Shown piece by piece: positions 1-12,382 of a stretch of DNA of 64,000 nucleotides (the first letter of the stretch is position 1; every line of letters begins with the position of its first letter). The position numbers were made by a program, and so were the translations under genes. The notes beneath the pieces were generated by a model that searched no databases, was not told the DNA's origin, and saw only the letters and a list, made by a program, of their open reading frames with translations. Origin of the DNA: Octopus sinensis (taxonomy: Eukaryota); NCBI RefSeq assembly GCF_006345805.1, contig NC_042999.1, forward strand, positions 99,138,001 through 99,202,000. The letters run 5' to 3'.

Positions 1-170
1 ACAGACCTTGCTGGTGCTTGTGCCACGTAAAAAAGCACCCAGTCCACTCTGTAAAAGTCAAGCCAAAACATACAGTAGAGCTCGGTACAGTCCTCTGGCT
101 TGCCAGTTCCTATCAAACTGTCCAGTCCAAGCCAGCATGGAAAACGGATGTTAAATGATGATGATAATGA
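1..170 (+). mobile_element. RTE-3'-end-derived short retroposon, truncated by the window edge
   Basis: Degenerate match to the 3' UTR of the RTE at 59735-63163; ends in ...ggaaaacggatgttaaa(tga)n. Confidence 0.7.
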
Positions 171-708
171 TATCAGATATGGTTGTGTGGTTACAAATTC
201 ACTTTTAGCCACATAGTTTGGGGTTCAGTGACAATATGCAGCACCTAGAAAAAATATCTTCTACTCTAGCCACAGGCTAATCAATGATCATATAATTCAT
301 ATTAGTCATATTGGTAGATGGAAACTGTGTGGAAGCCTGTCATCCTCATCATCACCATCATTGTTTTACTGTCCACAATCCCAGGCTTGCATGGATCAGA
401 TTAAATTCATTGAAGCAAATTATCTATGGCTGGATGTCCTTCCTGTTGCCAACACTCACCTGTTTCGAAGCAAGGTAAATATTTACCCCATGACCAAGCA
501 CATTTTCATGGAAGATTGAAAAAGAATGCCACTACCTGTGATGGTGTCATACATACATTCATGCATGCACACACACACACACACAACACACACATGCATA
601 CATACATACATACACACACACATGCATACATACACACACAATTCTTTTTTGCAATTGTGGATCTTGAATCACACAAAGCTATATATTATAGCATGTAAAT
701 AGTGGTAT

Positions 709-782
<74 letters not shown>

Positions 783-1474
783 AACATAATTAAGGGATTA
801 ATGTTGCTTCACCACATACCCCGAAAATTTAGAAATAGCAGTCAAAAACTACTAATTCTTCTACTACCCTATATCTATAATATATATATATATACACACA
901 CACACACATGCACACACATATAAACATGTATATATGTGTGTCTGTGCATATGTGTCTATATGTGTGTGTGGATGCGTGAGTGTGGTGCGCATTTATGTGA
1001 ATATTGTCTGGCCTCTTGTGTCACTGCTTGAGCAAAACAGTGCAGTAATGTTTACATTCTTTGTTATCATGATGACCAGTTACTCTGCACTCTCAAAGAA
1101 CAGCGGAATAAAATATCACTCACTTCAGAAACATGCTAGATTCAATGATAAGAATGGCATCCAGCCATAAAATGCTGCTTTAGATATGTTCTTTTCTGAT
1201 CAATGAATAAATAACTGAAAAGATTCTGAACCAAAATATAGTCATTTGATTTGCTAGAAATAGAAACTCATCCTCCCTCATACTATATTGAAAACAAATA
1301 TGTTGGATTGTGGAGTCAGAGGAACAACCGGAAATACCTTCTATGTAGGGATTACTTGAATGCCTGTGATTGTCAGTCTACTTGATTAAGGCTATATCAG
1401 AGACTAAGCAATAATAACAATTATAATGTCTGTTTTTATCATATTGAATTTGTATTGTATTTTCTTTCTTACAG

Positions 1475-1589
1475 AGAATTCCTTGCTCCTGGTTGTCATA
1501 ACCCAGTTAATGTGGATAGTACAATTGCTGAACTGGTAAGACGAAGAATAGAAAATAACCCTGATCGGTACTGCTTTGATGAAGCTCAG
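1475..1589 (+). CDS. RGS7: R7-family RGS protein (RGS7/RGS6-like), internal RGS-domain exon: EFLAPGCHNPVNVDSTIAELVRRRIENNPDRYCFDEAQ
   Basis: Acceptor tttctttcttacag|, donor CAG|gtatat. The EFLAPG..VNVDS...DRYCFDEAQ motif matches the R7 RGS domain as recalled. Phase-0 exit joins the 4972 exon in frame. RGS6 versus RGS7 orthology cannot be resolved from these exons. Confidence 0.9.
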
Positions 1590-1622
1590 GTATATTTGAA
1601 CTATGATTTTAACTCAAGTCAT

Positions 1623-1850
1623 TTAACCATTTAGCATTTCAACTGTGCATATCCAGCTCAAATATTACCCCTCTTTTACATTAAAACTGGGCAGATCTGG
1701 CATCTCAAAACTACATTACAATGCCATTCAAAAAATAAGCAGTCACCTCACTAACATCTCAAAGCTACAAGATAATGCATAATTAATTCATAACTATGTG
1801 AATAAATAAGCATTACATTTGACAGAATTGTTTGAATGCTAAAACGTTAA
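1623..1850. mobile_element. piggyBac-like MITE (~220 bp)
   Basis: TTAA|CCATTTAGCATT...AATGCTAAAACG|TTAA: imperfect 12-bp TIRs flanked by TTAA; second copy, inverted, at 28814-29037. Confidence 0.65.
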
Positions 1851-2239
1851 GATGGCCACTTGGCAGAATCACTAGCACATTGGATAAAGCTCTTAACAAC
1901 ATTTCTCCTACATTTCTACTTTCCGAGATCAAATCCTGCTGAGATCAAATTTGCCTCTCATCCTGTCATCCTTAGCGTTGGTTGATAAACTAAAGTACCA
2001 CACACAAGTACTGAGGTGAATTCAACTGATTTGACTCCTCCCCTGAAAATGATTGACCTTGTGTCAAAATTAGAAAGAAATATTTTAAGCCATTTCCATG
2101 CTTTTTTAAACATGAATATGGATTTATAAATAAGAACCATTTCTCAGTAATTTTTCCTCTGTGTGTATGTATGTAGGTAGGTATGTATATATATATATAT
2201 ATATTTATATATGTACCAGAACATCCCGCTGACCAGAAC

Positions 2240-2772
2240 ATCCCGCTGTGCTTGAGGAGACCTATTGAGTCAAGTACATGAACATTGAAAAAAATATCAA
2301 TGGAAATAGTAGTTGTGATACCTGTGCCGGTGGCACATAAAAAGCACCATCTGAACGTGGCCGATGCCAGCGCCGCATCGACTGGCTTCTGTGCCGGTGG
2401 CACATAAAAAGCATCATCCGAACGTGGCCGATGCCAGCGCCGCCTTGACTGGCTTGTGTGCCGGTGGCACATAAAAAGCACCATCTAAACATGGCCGATC
2501 CCAGCTCCGCCTTGACTGGCTTCCGTGCCGGTGGCACGTTAAAAGCACCTACCGATCGTGGCCGATGCCAGATTCCCTTGGCACCTGTATCGGTGGCACG
2601 TAAAAAGCACCCACTACACTCGTGGAGTGGTTGGCGTTAGGAAGGGCATCAAGCTGTAGAAACGCTGCCAGATAAGACTGGAGCCTGGTGCAGCCCCTGG
2701 CTTCCCAGACCCCGGTCGAACCGTCCAACCCGTGCTAGCGGAAAACGGACATTAAACGATGATGATGATGAT
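2240..2772 (+). mobile_element. RTE-3'-UTR-derived short retroposon with internal ~65-bp tandem units
   Basis: Three to four gtgccggtggcac(a/g)taaaaagcacc units, then the conserved 3' end ...aaaacggacattaaac(gat)n shared with the RTE at 59735-63163. Confidence 0.85.
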
Positions 2773-2949
2773 GTATGTATGTATATATATATATATACAT
2801 ATATATATGTATATACACACACACACACACATATATATATATATGTATGTATATATACATACATATATATATGTATATACATATGTATATATATAAATAC
2901 ATGTTTGTGTATATTTATACATGTTTGTGTATATATATATATACATGTT

Positions 2950-2995
<46 letters not shown>

Positions 2996-3028
2996 CATAA
3001 TATATATATATATATATACATATACATA

Positions 3029-3061
<33 letters not shown>

Positions 3062-3062
3062 C

Positions 3063-3095
<33 letters not shown>
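2773..3095. repeat. Compound (TA)n/(CA)n microsatellite with higher-order repeats
   Basis: (TA)n blocks punctuated three times by catatacataa; atacatgtttgtgtatat occurs three times. Confidence 0.95.
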
Positions 3096-3098
<3 letters not shown>

Positions 3099-3540
3099 TA
3101 TATACAAATGTATATGTACATACTTACATCTATACGTATATATGCATATGTGGGCACAGGACATCACGAAAGGTGTACAATAAAAAAAATACAAAGCATG
3201 CTTACATGGAACATGAACTATTCTTTCGAACAACGAAAGACTCAAATGGAAAATAAAACAAGCATAAAGAACGACCCTTCATCAGTTGTTGGCTATTTTT
3301 CTAGTCTCGTATTTCGAGCATATAAATACGAGACAACAAAAATAGCCAACAACTGATGAAGGGTTGTTCTTTATGTTTGTTTTTCATTTGTGTCTTTCGT
3401 TGTTCGAAAGAATAGTTCATGTTCCATGTACGCATGCTTCATATTTTTTTATTGTACACCTCTCGTGATGTCCTGTGCCTACATATGGATATATACGTAT
3501 AGATGTAAGTATATACATATACGTATGTATATATGCATAT
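3094..3540. repeat. Large inverted repeat, ~220-bp arms, 9-nt loop
   Basis: gtctcgtattt-cgagcatat-aaatacgagac at the centre; arms complementary out to the flanking microsatellites with scattered mismatches. Confidence 0.9.
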
Positions 3541-3650
3541 ATATATATATTATTTATATTATTGTATGATTGAATTCCACACATCCCCTTCCAAGTAAGT
3601 TTTATCTATGTATATATGTATGTATGTATCTATCTATATTTATACATACA

Positions 3651-3722
<72 letters not shown>

Positions 3723-3743
3723 CATACATACACACACACACAC

Positions 3744-4427
3744 CGTGCGTGAGATCCGGCAAGCCAAATGAGACCATAATCTCATGGCCTATGCCAGAGG
3801 CGTAACCAGCCCACTTATGCATACCTTTTCCTTCTTTGGACTCTAAAACTCTGCTTGTGAAGACCTGTTGAGGCAAGTGTAATCAAAATGAAATTCGATG
3901 ACTGGCGTCCGTGCTAGCTGGATGCAAAGAGCACCATACGAGTGTGATCATTGACAGAGCGGCTAAGAGGCTTCCATGCCAGTGGCAATTTAAAGGCACC
4001 ATTCGAGCGTGATCGTTACCAGCGTCACCTTACTAACCCTCGAGCCCCATGCTAGTAGGGTATTAAGAGCACCATCCGAGCATGATCATTGCCAGAGCGG
4101 CTATCTGGCCTCCGTGCCGGTGGCATGTAAAAGACACCATTTGAGCATGATTGTTACCATCATCACCTTACTGGCACCTGTGCCGGTGGCATGTGTAAAA
4201 GATTCGAGCGAGGTCATTGCCAGTACCACCTGACTGGCCCCGTGCTGGTAGCACAGAAAAGCACCCACTACACTCTTGGAGTGGTTGGCATTAGGAAGGG
4301 CATCCAGCTGTAGAAACTCTGCCAGATCAAGATTGAAGCCTGGTGCAGCCATCTGGTTCGCCAGCCCTCAGTCAATCGTCCAACCCATGCTAGCATGGAA
4401 AGCGGATGTTAAATGATGATGATGATG
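3744..4427 (+). mobile_element. RTE 3'-UTR fragment or derived retroposon
   Basis: Contains cttgtgaagacctgttgaggcaag, gtgccggtggca units and the ...gcatggaaagcggatgttaaa(tga)n tail. Confidence 0.8.
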
Positions 4428-4863
4428 ATATATATATATATATATACACATACACATACTCACACAGACATCTCAAAATTAAAAGACACCCATCATTACA
4501 GTGTTTTATTTTGCGGACTCTACTCAATAGTATGGTACCCCAACAGATTAAATCATTGAATAGTGTACAAAGAATGTGTACTAAATTCTAGATTAAGTAT
4601 TGGAATTCATCAAAAGGTGTAATTTTTTTCTTGATATAAATCTTTCAGAGAAGGTGATGTCAATTTGTTTTGAGATCTCTGAGTGTACACCCCAACTCTA
4701 CACAAATATATGGTTCATTAGATTTGATAATATATATTAATACATGCAGAATACCTTAATGGCTAATGCCGTATGTTAGAGCAACAAACTAAAAATTATG
4801 TCCTTGTAAACTCAAACAATTAACTACTTTTCTTTATTATCTGTCTGTATTATTCTTTCTATC

Positions 4864-4907
<44 letters not shown>

Positions 4908-4971
4908 TTATGTATGCATCCACACACACACACTATATTATCTTCATATTTATTTATTTGATTTGTTACAG

Positions 4972-5064
4972 AATCATATATTTAAACTGATGAAAAGTGA
5001 CAGCTATAATCGATACCTGCGGTCCGATATGCACAAAGAGTTTCTCAGTGCTACAAGAAAGAAA
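4972..5064 (+). CDS. RGS7: R7-family RGS protein, last RGS-domain exon: NHIFKLMKSDSYNRYLRSDMHKEFLSATRKK
   Basis: Acceptor atttgttacag|, donor AAA|gtaagg; 93 nt, phase 0-0; LMKSDSY.RYLRS is a hallmark RGS C-terminal motif. Confidence 0.92.
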
Positions 5065-6054
5065 GTAAGGTTTATTATGTCTCCTTTACCATCCTTTATT
5101 ATTAATTATCCTGTTTGATAACTTCTGCTGAATCCTGCTACTGTGTCTCTAAAGTTTTGTGTCAAATATCCCCTATCACCTGCACCATCCAGTGTCTGCA
5201 CAACCTTGTAGTATTTTGCAACAAATTTTTCCAGTACAATTATCTTAGTTCACACATCACTTTATTTGCAATATTTTCTTGAAACACAGAATTGTAATGA
5301 TTTTTTTTTATTATCATTATTATATATTAACAGACTGGGGATGGGTTTTTTTTAAAGTATTATTTTAACCTTTTAAAAATCATTTCTCTGTCATGAAATA
5401 TGGTCAAGTATGGACATACTGAATCAGAATTTCACTGCAGTGGTTTGTTACTAAAAAGAAAAATGCAAAATTCATTTCTTAGTTTCTATTAAATGATGTT
5501 TGTTAAAAGTTTGGGCCCTGGTACCATAACGTAATCTCTTGCATCTTCTTTCCATTTTTTTTTTATCCTTCACATTCTAAGTTTGTAACTAATACATGCA
5601 AAGGCAAAAATGCACACTTACACTCACACAACACATATATCTTTGTATGCACATAAATATATATGTATATACATATAAGTGTGTGTGTATGGGCTTATGC
5701 ACATGTACATATATATATATATGTGTATTAACATGTATACGCATAAAAATAGATAAGTATAAATAATATATATAGGTATATGTACATGTACATCTATATG
5801 TATGTGTGCATGTGTATGTAATTGTGTGGGTGTGTATTCAATTCAGTTTGAAGCATTAGAACCACATAAATGCTTTAGAAACCCCTAAAGTGCAGTATAA
5901 GTAACAGCAGTAGTCTATCTTGCCAGGAAAAAATGAATGAAATGCTAAATTCAGAATATAATATATTCTCCACAGTAGAATCAGTAGTTGCAACCACCAG
6001 GTTGTGTAGTGGGTAGTGAGAATGTAGTTTCACTCTACCTATCTATAGGCAGAT

Positions 6055-7610
6055 TTTAATGTGGAAAAATGCATTGAGATTATGTGAGAATGAAGTAGAG
6101 TTCCGTGCAGCCAACACATGGGAACTGGGATGCTTCCTTAAGCTAAGTTATGACTGTAACTACCTAGTCAACCATGACCTTAGTAGATTCTGCCCCACCA
6201 GGTCACGGAGGAGAAGACCACCCGCCATCACCTCAACAGTGAAGAAAATCATTGCAGGGCACTGGAGTGGCTGGACCATACCCACCCAGGACTCTGAGAA
6301 CAAGAGTCAGGTGAAAAGAATGATTGCACATGCAAGAGGGGCTAGCATGAGAACCACCTTGAAGAACCACTGGAAACTATACATCAAGGTTCAAGGTGCA
6401 GCCATTGGTGTCTGTGTGGCCGGAGATGTGGCTGGCCTCTTCATGACCTGGCAGGAGAGAAAACTTAAACAATCCTTAGCAGAACAATCCACAACTGTTT
6501 TGCTTTACTGTAGGTATGTAGATGACATAAATATTCTAGTTAGGACAACCTCTAGTAACTGTAATGTGGAAACCGAGAGGAGCATAATGGAGAGCATCCA
6601 GCACATTGCTAACTCCATCCACCAAAGTATCAAGGTAACTATAGATTACCCCACTAGGCACCCTAACAATAGACATCCTGTCCTTGATACTGAACTTTGG
6701 TTAGAGACTGTGAACAACAGAGTGCAGCTCCTCCACTCCTATTACATGAAATCCATAGTTTCTAAATACGTTGTTCACAAGAACTCAGTTTTGTCACACA
6801 ACATGAAAATCAACATACTTGTAGCAGACTTAGTTGGGATAATGAACAACATGTCTCCACTGTGCAAACCTTATTAAATAAAGAAAAATGTACAGAAATT
6901 CATGCACCACATGCAATTCTCTGGATATGAACAGAAAGATAGGGTTTGGGTATGCAAGGGAGCTAGAAAGAAATTAAATAGCATTATATGTAATGAAACC
7001 AGTGGTGCATGCCATAGATATAGAAATAAAGACTGGAATAGGATACAAAGAGTTTGTAACAAAACAAACAGGGAGAACACGTGGTACAAGACCAACAAAT
7101 ATTAAGGAGTGATGTTTGTAGAAGCCACAGACCATGGAAAACTAGCCCAAAGATTTAGGAAAGCTCTGAAGGAGGCCAAACTCAACATTAAGATCCTTGA
7201 AAAGTCAGGGAGCTCAATCAGATCACAACTATGTAGGACATACCCCTTTGAGAAAACCACATGCACCAATGATAACTGCATGGTAAGATTAACTCTGGCA
7301 TTAAATGTAGAACTAGAAATGTAGTCTACAGCATTTAGTGCATAGAGGATGCTTGTAAAGACAAGAACATGATATACATAGGTGAGACATCTAGAAGCAT
7401 TGCAGAGAGACTAAATGAACACTTGAGATAATATGACGACAAAAAGTAGTCCTCCATACTCTACCAATATGGAGGCACTCTGGGTCAACTTGACATCTGC
7501 ATTTTATCCAAGCAACCGAAGGATCCAACACTCAGACAAATACAGGAGTACATCCTCATAAATGAAATATCCCCAGTACTAAATAGGAAATATACATAGA
7601 AGGTAGCCAT
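6055..7610 (+). mobile_element. Degenerate Penelope-like element (RT plus GIY-YIG endonuclease), possibly Naiad clade
   Basis: CRYVDDINI (RT), VTIDYP...PVLDTELW, then C..NDNC and NVVYSI*C...IYIGETSRSIAERLNEH (GIY-YIG). Broken by stops and frameshifts. Clade assignment is from memory. Confidence 0.85.
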
Positions 7611-8732
7611 ACCCCATAACTCAGAGTTTATATATACACAGGTAGATTTCTTAGTAGGCTGTTATGTAGATGTGTATATATATATATGTGTGTGTGTGTG
7701 TAGGTAAATAGATATGTATGTGAACAGATAGATTAAAAGATAAATAGGTACATAGGTAATATGGACAGACACGCACACTCACAAACACACAGACATGCAT
7801 ACACACACATACATACATATACATATACATACATGCATACATACATACATACATATGTGTATACACATGCACACTGACGCACACACATGCTCACAAACAA
7901 AAGAAAGACAGAAACATAGCTCTGATAACAGACAAATTCAACAACTATTGAAAAGGTTGCAAGACATAATGAAAATATTCGGAAAAAAACAAAAAGATAA
8001 ATGAGTGGAAATCAAACTGGTGAGTGTGTCAAGTAATAATGCACTAAAAGACACAATAAAATAAGCTTCATCACATGAATTCACATAAAGAATCTTACAA
8101 ACCAAATACAAAATCTAAACACACACACACACACACACACACACATATCTTTACATATAAGTGTGTGTGTGTAAATATAAAGATAAACACAAGTTTATAA
8201 TAAAGCTTAAATGCGTGTTTCACCATTATGCTTGTTTGGAGTCCTGCATTAAAAATTCCATCGCATATAGATGCTCAATTGTAGTAGATCCTCAAGGAAT
8301 ACTTTATTGTACTATGTAATAGATAACTAGTTACCTGTAGCTTGATATAGTATAGTGTTCCTTGAGGATCTGTTGTTGCTGAGCATATTTAGAACTTCTA
8401 TTGCAGGGCTCCAAATAACCACAATTGTGATACAAGTGTAGGAAATTTATTATAAACATGTATTAATCCTTATTTTTCCTGTTTATTGTGTAGCTCATAA
8501 CTGGTAATACTACTCAGTATAGTAGTTACCTACTATACAGAAAGAAGACTAGATTATGAAAATCTACATGGAGGTCTAAAAGTAGCAGTAGCACTTGTAC
8601 ATATAATTTCTACTATACACACACACACACATATATATATAAGCACAAAGTTTTGTCAGTGAACAGGCCATGGTTTCAAAGCAGTGAAAATATTTTAGAT
8701 CAAGTAACTTACTATGCAAGTACATCTCTGTA

Positions 8733-8779
<47 letters not shown>

Positions 8780-8989
8780 TCTTGTGAACTCCATTTTCCA
8801 TTTACCTCATTCATAATAAACTTGACAAACACTGCAGAATTCCTGAGGTAGATCCAGTGATACTGATACCAAAACTGTGGATAACATCAGGTAGCCTAAA
8901 CAGTGAAAGTGCTTTGATTGGCATACTACTATCTGTATACCCAAAGTCCAAATAGTTACTTATATATATAAATATATATCTGTATATAT

Positions 8990-10139
8990 GTGACCAAGTC
9001 AGTAGTGGGGATGGGTGCGTTGAAAGTGTAACTGCTAGAGTAAGAATAGCCTGGGCAAAGTTTAGAGAGCTCTTAGCTCTGCTGGTGACTAAAGGCCTCT
9101 CGCTCAGAGTAAAAGGCAGACTGTATGATGCATGTGTACGAACAGCCATGCTACATGGCAGTGAAACATGGGCCGTGACTGCTGAGGACATGCGTAAGCT
9201 CGCGAGGAATGAAGCCAGTATGCTCCGATGGATGTGTAATGTCTGTGCATACTCGACAGAGTGTTAGTACATTGAGAGAAATGTTGGACCTAAGAAGCAT
9301 CAGTTGTGGTGTGCAAGAGAGACGATTGCACTGGTATGGTCATGTGGCGAGAATGGATGAAGATAGGTGTGTGAAAAAGTGCCAATCCCTAGCAGTTGAG
9401 GGAACCCGTGGAAGAGGTAGACCCAGGAAAACCTGGGATGAGGTGGTGAAGCATGACCTTCGAACTTTAGGCCTCACTGAGGAAATGACCAGCGACTGAG
9501 ACCTTTGGAAATATGCTGTACATGAGAAGACCAGGCAGGACAAGTGAGTCCAGCCCACCTATGCAAGCCTTTCCTCCCTTGGACACACAAAGACCTGTTG
9601 AGGCAAGCGAAGTCGATATCGAACCTCATCCGACAACAGGCACCCATGCCAACCCCCCTTTGCTTGCGAAGACCTGTTGGGGCAAGTGAAATCGAAATCG
9701 GAATCGAAATTGAACCAATCCTATGACTGGCACCCGGCAGATGCCAGGACCCCTGGACTGGTGGTACATAAAAAGCACTATCCGAATCGTGGCCGATACC
9801 AGCGCTGCCTCGACTGGCTTCCGTGCCGGTGGCACGTAAAAAGCACCATCCGAATCATGGCCGAAGCCAGTGTCGCCTCGACTGGCTTCCGTGCTGGTGG
9901 CACGTAAAATGCACCAATCCGACGTGGCCGATGCCAGCCTCGCCTGGCACCTGTGCAGGTGGCACGTAAAAAGCACCCACTACACTCACGGAGTTGTTGG
10001 CGTTAGGAAGGGCATCCAGCTGTAGAAACATTGCCAGATAAGACTGGAGCCTGGTGCAGCCTTCTGGCTTCCCAGATCCCTGGTCGAACCGTCCAACCCA
10101 TGCTAGCATGGAGAACGGACGTTAAACGATGATGATGAT
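8990..10139 (+). mobile_element. 5'-truncated RTE LINE (end of ORF plus 3' UTR)
   Basis: GRLYDACVRTAMLHGSETW and CGVQERRLHWYGHVARM; near-identical to the reverse complement of 59735-60900; (gat)n tail. Confidence 0.92.
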
Positions 10140-10382
10140 ATGTGTATATATATACCCATCTATAGATTCCATCCTATTTTTTGAAGTATTCATTGCATTG
10201 CTTGTGTGTGTATTTATCATAGGATTGGTGGGTCTTGAAGCTTTCGCTTTCATCTTTGGCAAGCAATATTTTCACCCTTCTTTTATTCAAATATTTAATA
10301 TTATACCTATTAAGGTAGAAGTCTTGCTAACTGCACCATTATTACTGTTTTTAACAGTAATAAGGCTTTTATATATATATAT

Positions 10383-10634
10383 ATCATCATCATCATCATC
10401 GGTTAGCGTCCGCTTTCCATGCTGGCATGGGTTGGACAGTGCAACTGAGGTCTGGGAAGCCAGAAGGCTGCACCAGGCCCAGTCTGATCTGGCAATGTTT
10501 CTACAGCTGGATGCCCTTCCTAACGCCAACCACTCCATGAGTGTAGTGGGTGCTTTTTACGTGCCACCGGCACAGGTGCCAGACGAGGCTGGCAAACGGC
10601 CACGGTCGGATGGTGCTTTTTATGTGCCACCAGC
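10383..10634 (-). mobile_element. RTE-3'-end-derived short retroposon, inverted relative to the 8990-10139 copy
   Basis: (atc)n followed by the reverse complement of the RTE 3' end. Confidence 0.88.
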
Positions 10635-10673
<39 letters not shown>

Positions 10674-10692
10674 TATATACATATATATATAC

Positions 10693-10756
<64 letters not shown>

Positions 10757-11309
10757 TACATAGACACATCTACACACACACACACATACATGTAGTAAGC
10801 AAATAAGAATAGAAAGCTCAAAACATCACTATATGTGCTTCAATAACATGGTTGTTTATTTACAAAGCAAAATACTTTGCTAACTGAAGGCTGAATATCA
10901 CCTGATGAAATGCATGGCTATGTAACAATGTGGATTTACATAATATTATGTTATGTACATTGCATTGTTAATAAACAACCTCACTATTGAAGCATGCTTA
11001 GTGATATTTGGAGTGATACATTCTTATTTGTTTACTAAACGATATTTCGTGTAATTATACTATTCATACATATAAAGATTTAAACGATGCCTGAGATCAA
11101 AATATAACTGTTTATATTTGTATGGACCATGCTCTTTCAGAGTAACCTGTTTGCCTAATATCTGTGGAAGTGTTTCTAAGTTAATTTACCAAAACCTGTA
11201 TGATCTCCATTGTATTATGTACATGTGTATGTGGTGTGTGTGTGCATGTGTGTGTGTTTGCACACACATATATATACAGTTAATCCAAACATGAAAACAA
11301 AGAGAAAAC

Positions 11310-11483
11310 ACAACAACGCAAGGACGTGGAACAAATATAGTATTATTGAACGCTCAGAAAGGAAGGAAAGAAGGAAGGTTTAACATTTCGAGCGGTGCTC
11401 TTCGTTGGAAACATAGAAGGAAAGATCCAGAGAAGGGAAGACAGAGGGAAAAAAATCGCCAACGGTACACATGCGGTCACATT

Positions 11484-11490
<7 letters not shown>
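11310..11490 (-). mobile_element. PLE-type terminal repeat fragment with degenerate hammerhead at 11378-11412 (family A)
   Basis: Minus strand GTTT-CCAACGA-AGAGC-ACC-GCTC-GAAA-TG-TT-AAAC; same family as 25075-25265. Confidence 0.65.
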
Positions 11491-11517
<27 letters not shown>

Positions 11518-11544
11518 GCATATTGTCAGTATAAATTATAAATC

Positions 11545-11897
11545 TGAAAAAGAAGCACACTAAGTTATAGAGCAGAAGAGTATTTAGATAAAAATGGTTA
11601 TGGCCACCCTATGGGGTTACCCTGGATTTTGTGTCCATAAATCACTTAGCTTTACAGTGTCTTGTCAGACCCTAGTGGCCAGTGGCCTATAACCCCTCTT
11701 CAAAGTGGACAGAGAAAAGACCTCGTGGCTAGTTGTTGAACATGCAGGCAAAGGTGAAAGGTTTCTCCCTGCACTTTGAAGAGAAGTTATAGGCCACTGG
11801 TGATTAGGGTCTAATGTGATGCTGCAAAGCAAAGCACTTTATGGATGCAAAACCCAGGATAACGCCATAGACTGGCCATTACTGTCTTTATCTAAAT
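11545..11897. repeat. Palindromic PLE-end element (family D), arms 11582-11707 and 11772-11897, degenerate hammerheads
   Basis: Arms complementary by eye; homologous to 40695-40950; left arm has an extra ~35-nt extension. Confidence 0.8.
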
Positions 11898-12382
11898 ATA
11901 CAAATATATATACAGTCATCTAAGAATCCATAAGTCAGAAAAAATCTGACATATTCATATTGGTCAATGGGGTCAGTATATTCATATTTATACAGTTCAG
12001 TATGATAGATCCATTTCAGTTGATTTTTATCAATCACTTTCATACACAAGAGCACAGGGAAGAAACCAAGCTCAGCACTCATAAGAAGGACTGGTAGGAA
12101 GAGTGTGGCAATCACTCTTTGCCACTGACTGTTTGGAAATGTCATATCTGGTTTGTGAATGTTGTGGAAAACTGGGTTTTTCCCCACCATGCTCACATGT
12201 GTGAAACCAAGAGGTAAAGTCAGTTGAGATTTATAATACTGCAGTATATAGATCTTTAGATATGTATGTGTGTGCTGGCCTTGTACCAAAATTTGAAACC
12301 AATACATGTGTGTATGTGTTAATGTGTGCATAATTACAATATGTGTGTGTGTATATGTGTATGCACACACTCATATATATAT

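Noticed and set aside
2649-3256. Long YI/IY-rich ORFs here and at 10.1-10.8, 19.0-19.5, 37.6-38.3, 44.6-45.0 and 50.0-50.5 kb
   Set aside because: Translations of (TA)n, (CA)n and (TACA)n microsatellites, which lack stop codons.
7250-7460. Selenocysteine read-through in the Naiad-like endonuclease region
   Set aside because: The interrupting stops are TAG and TAA, not TGA at cysteine positions; they look like ordinary decay.
10897-10935. Possible further hammerhead (TCAC-CTGATGA-AATGCATGGCTAT-GTAA-CA-AT-GTGG)
   Set aside because: Needs several substitutions in GAAA and the cleavage site, and there is no second copy in the window to support a consensus.
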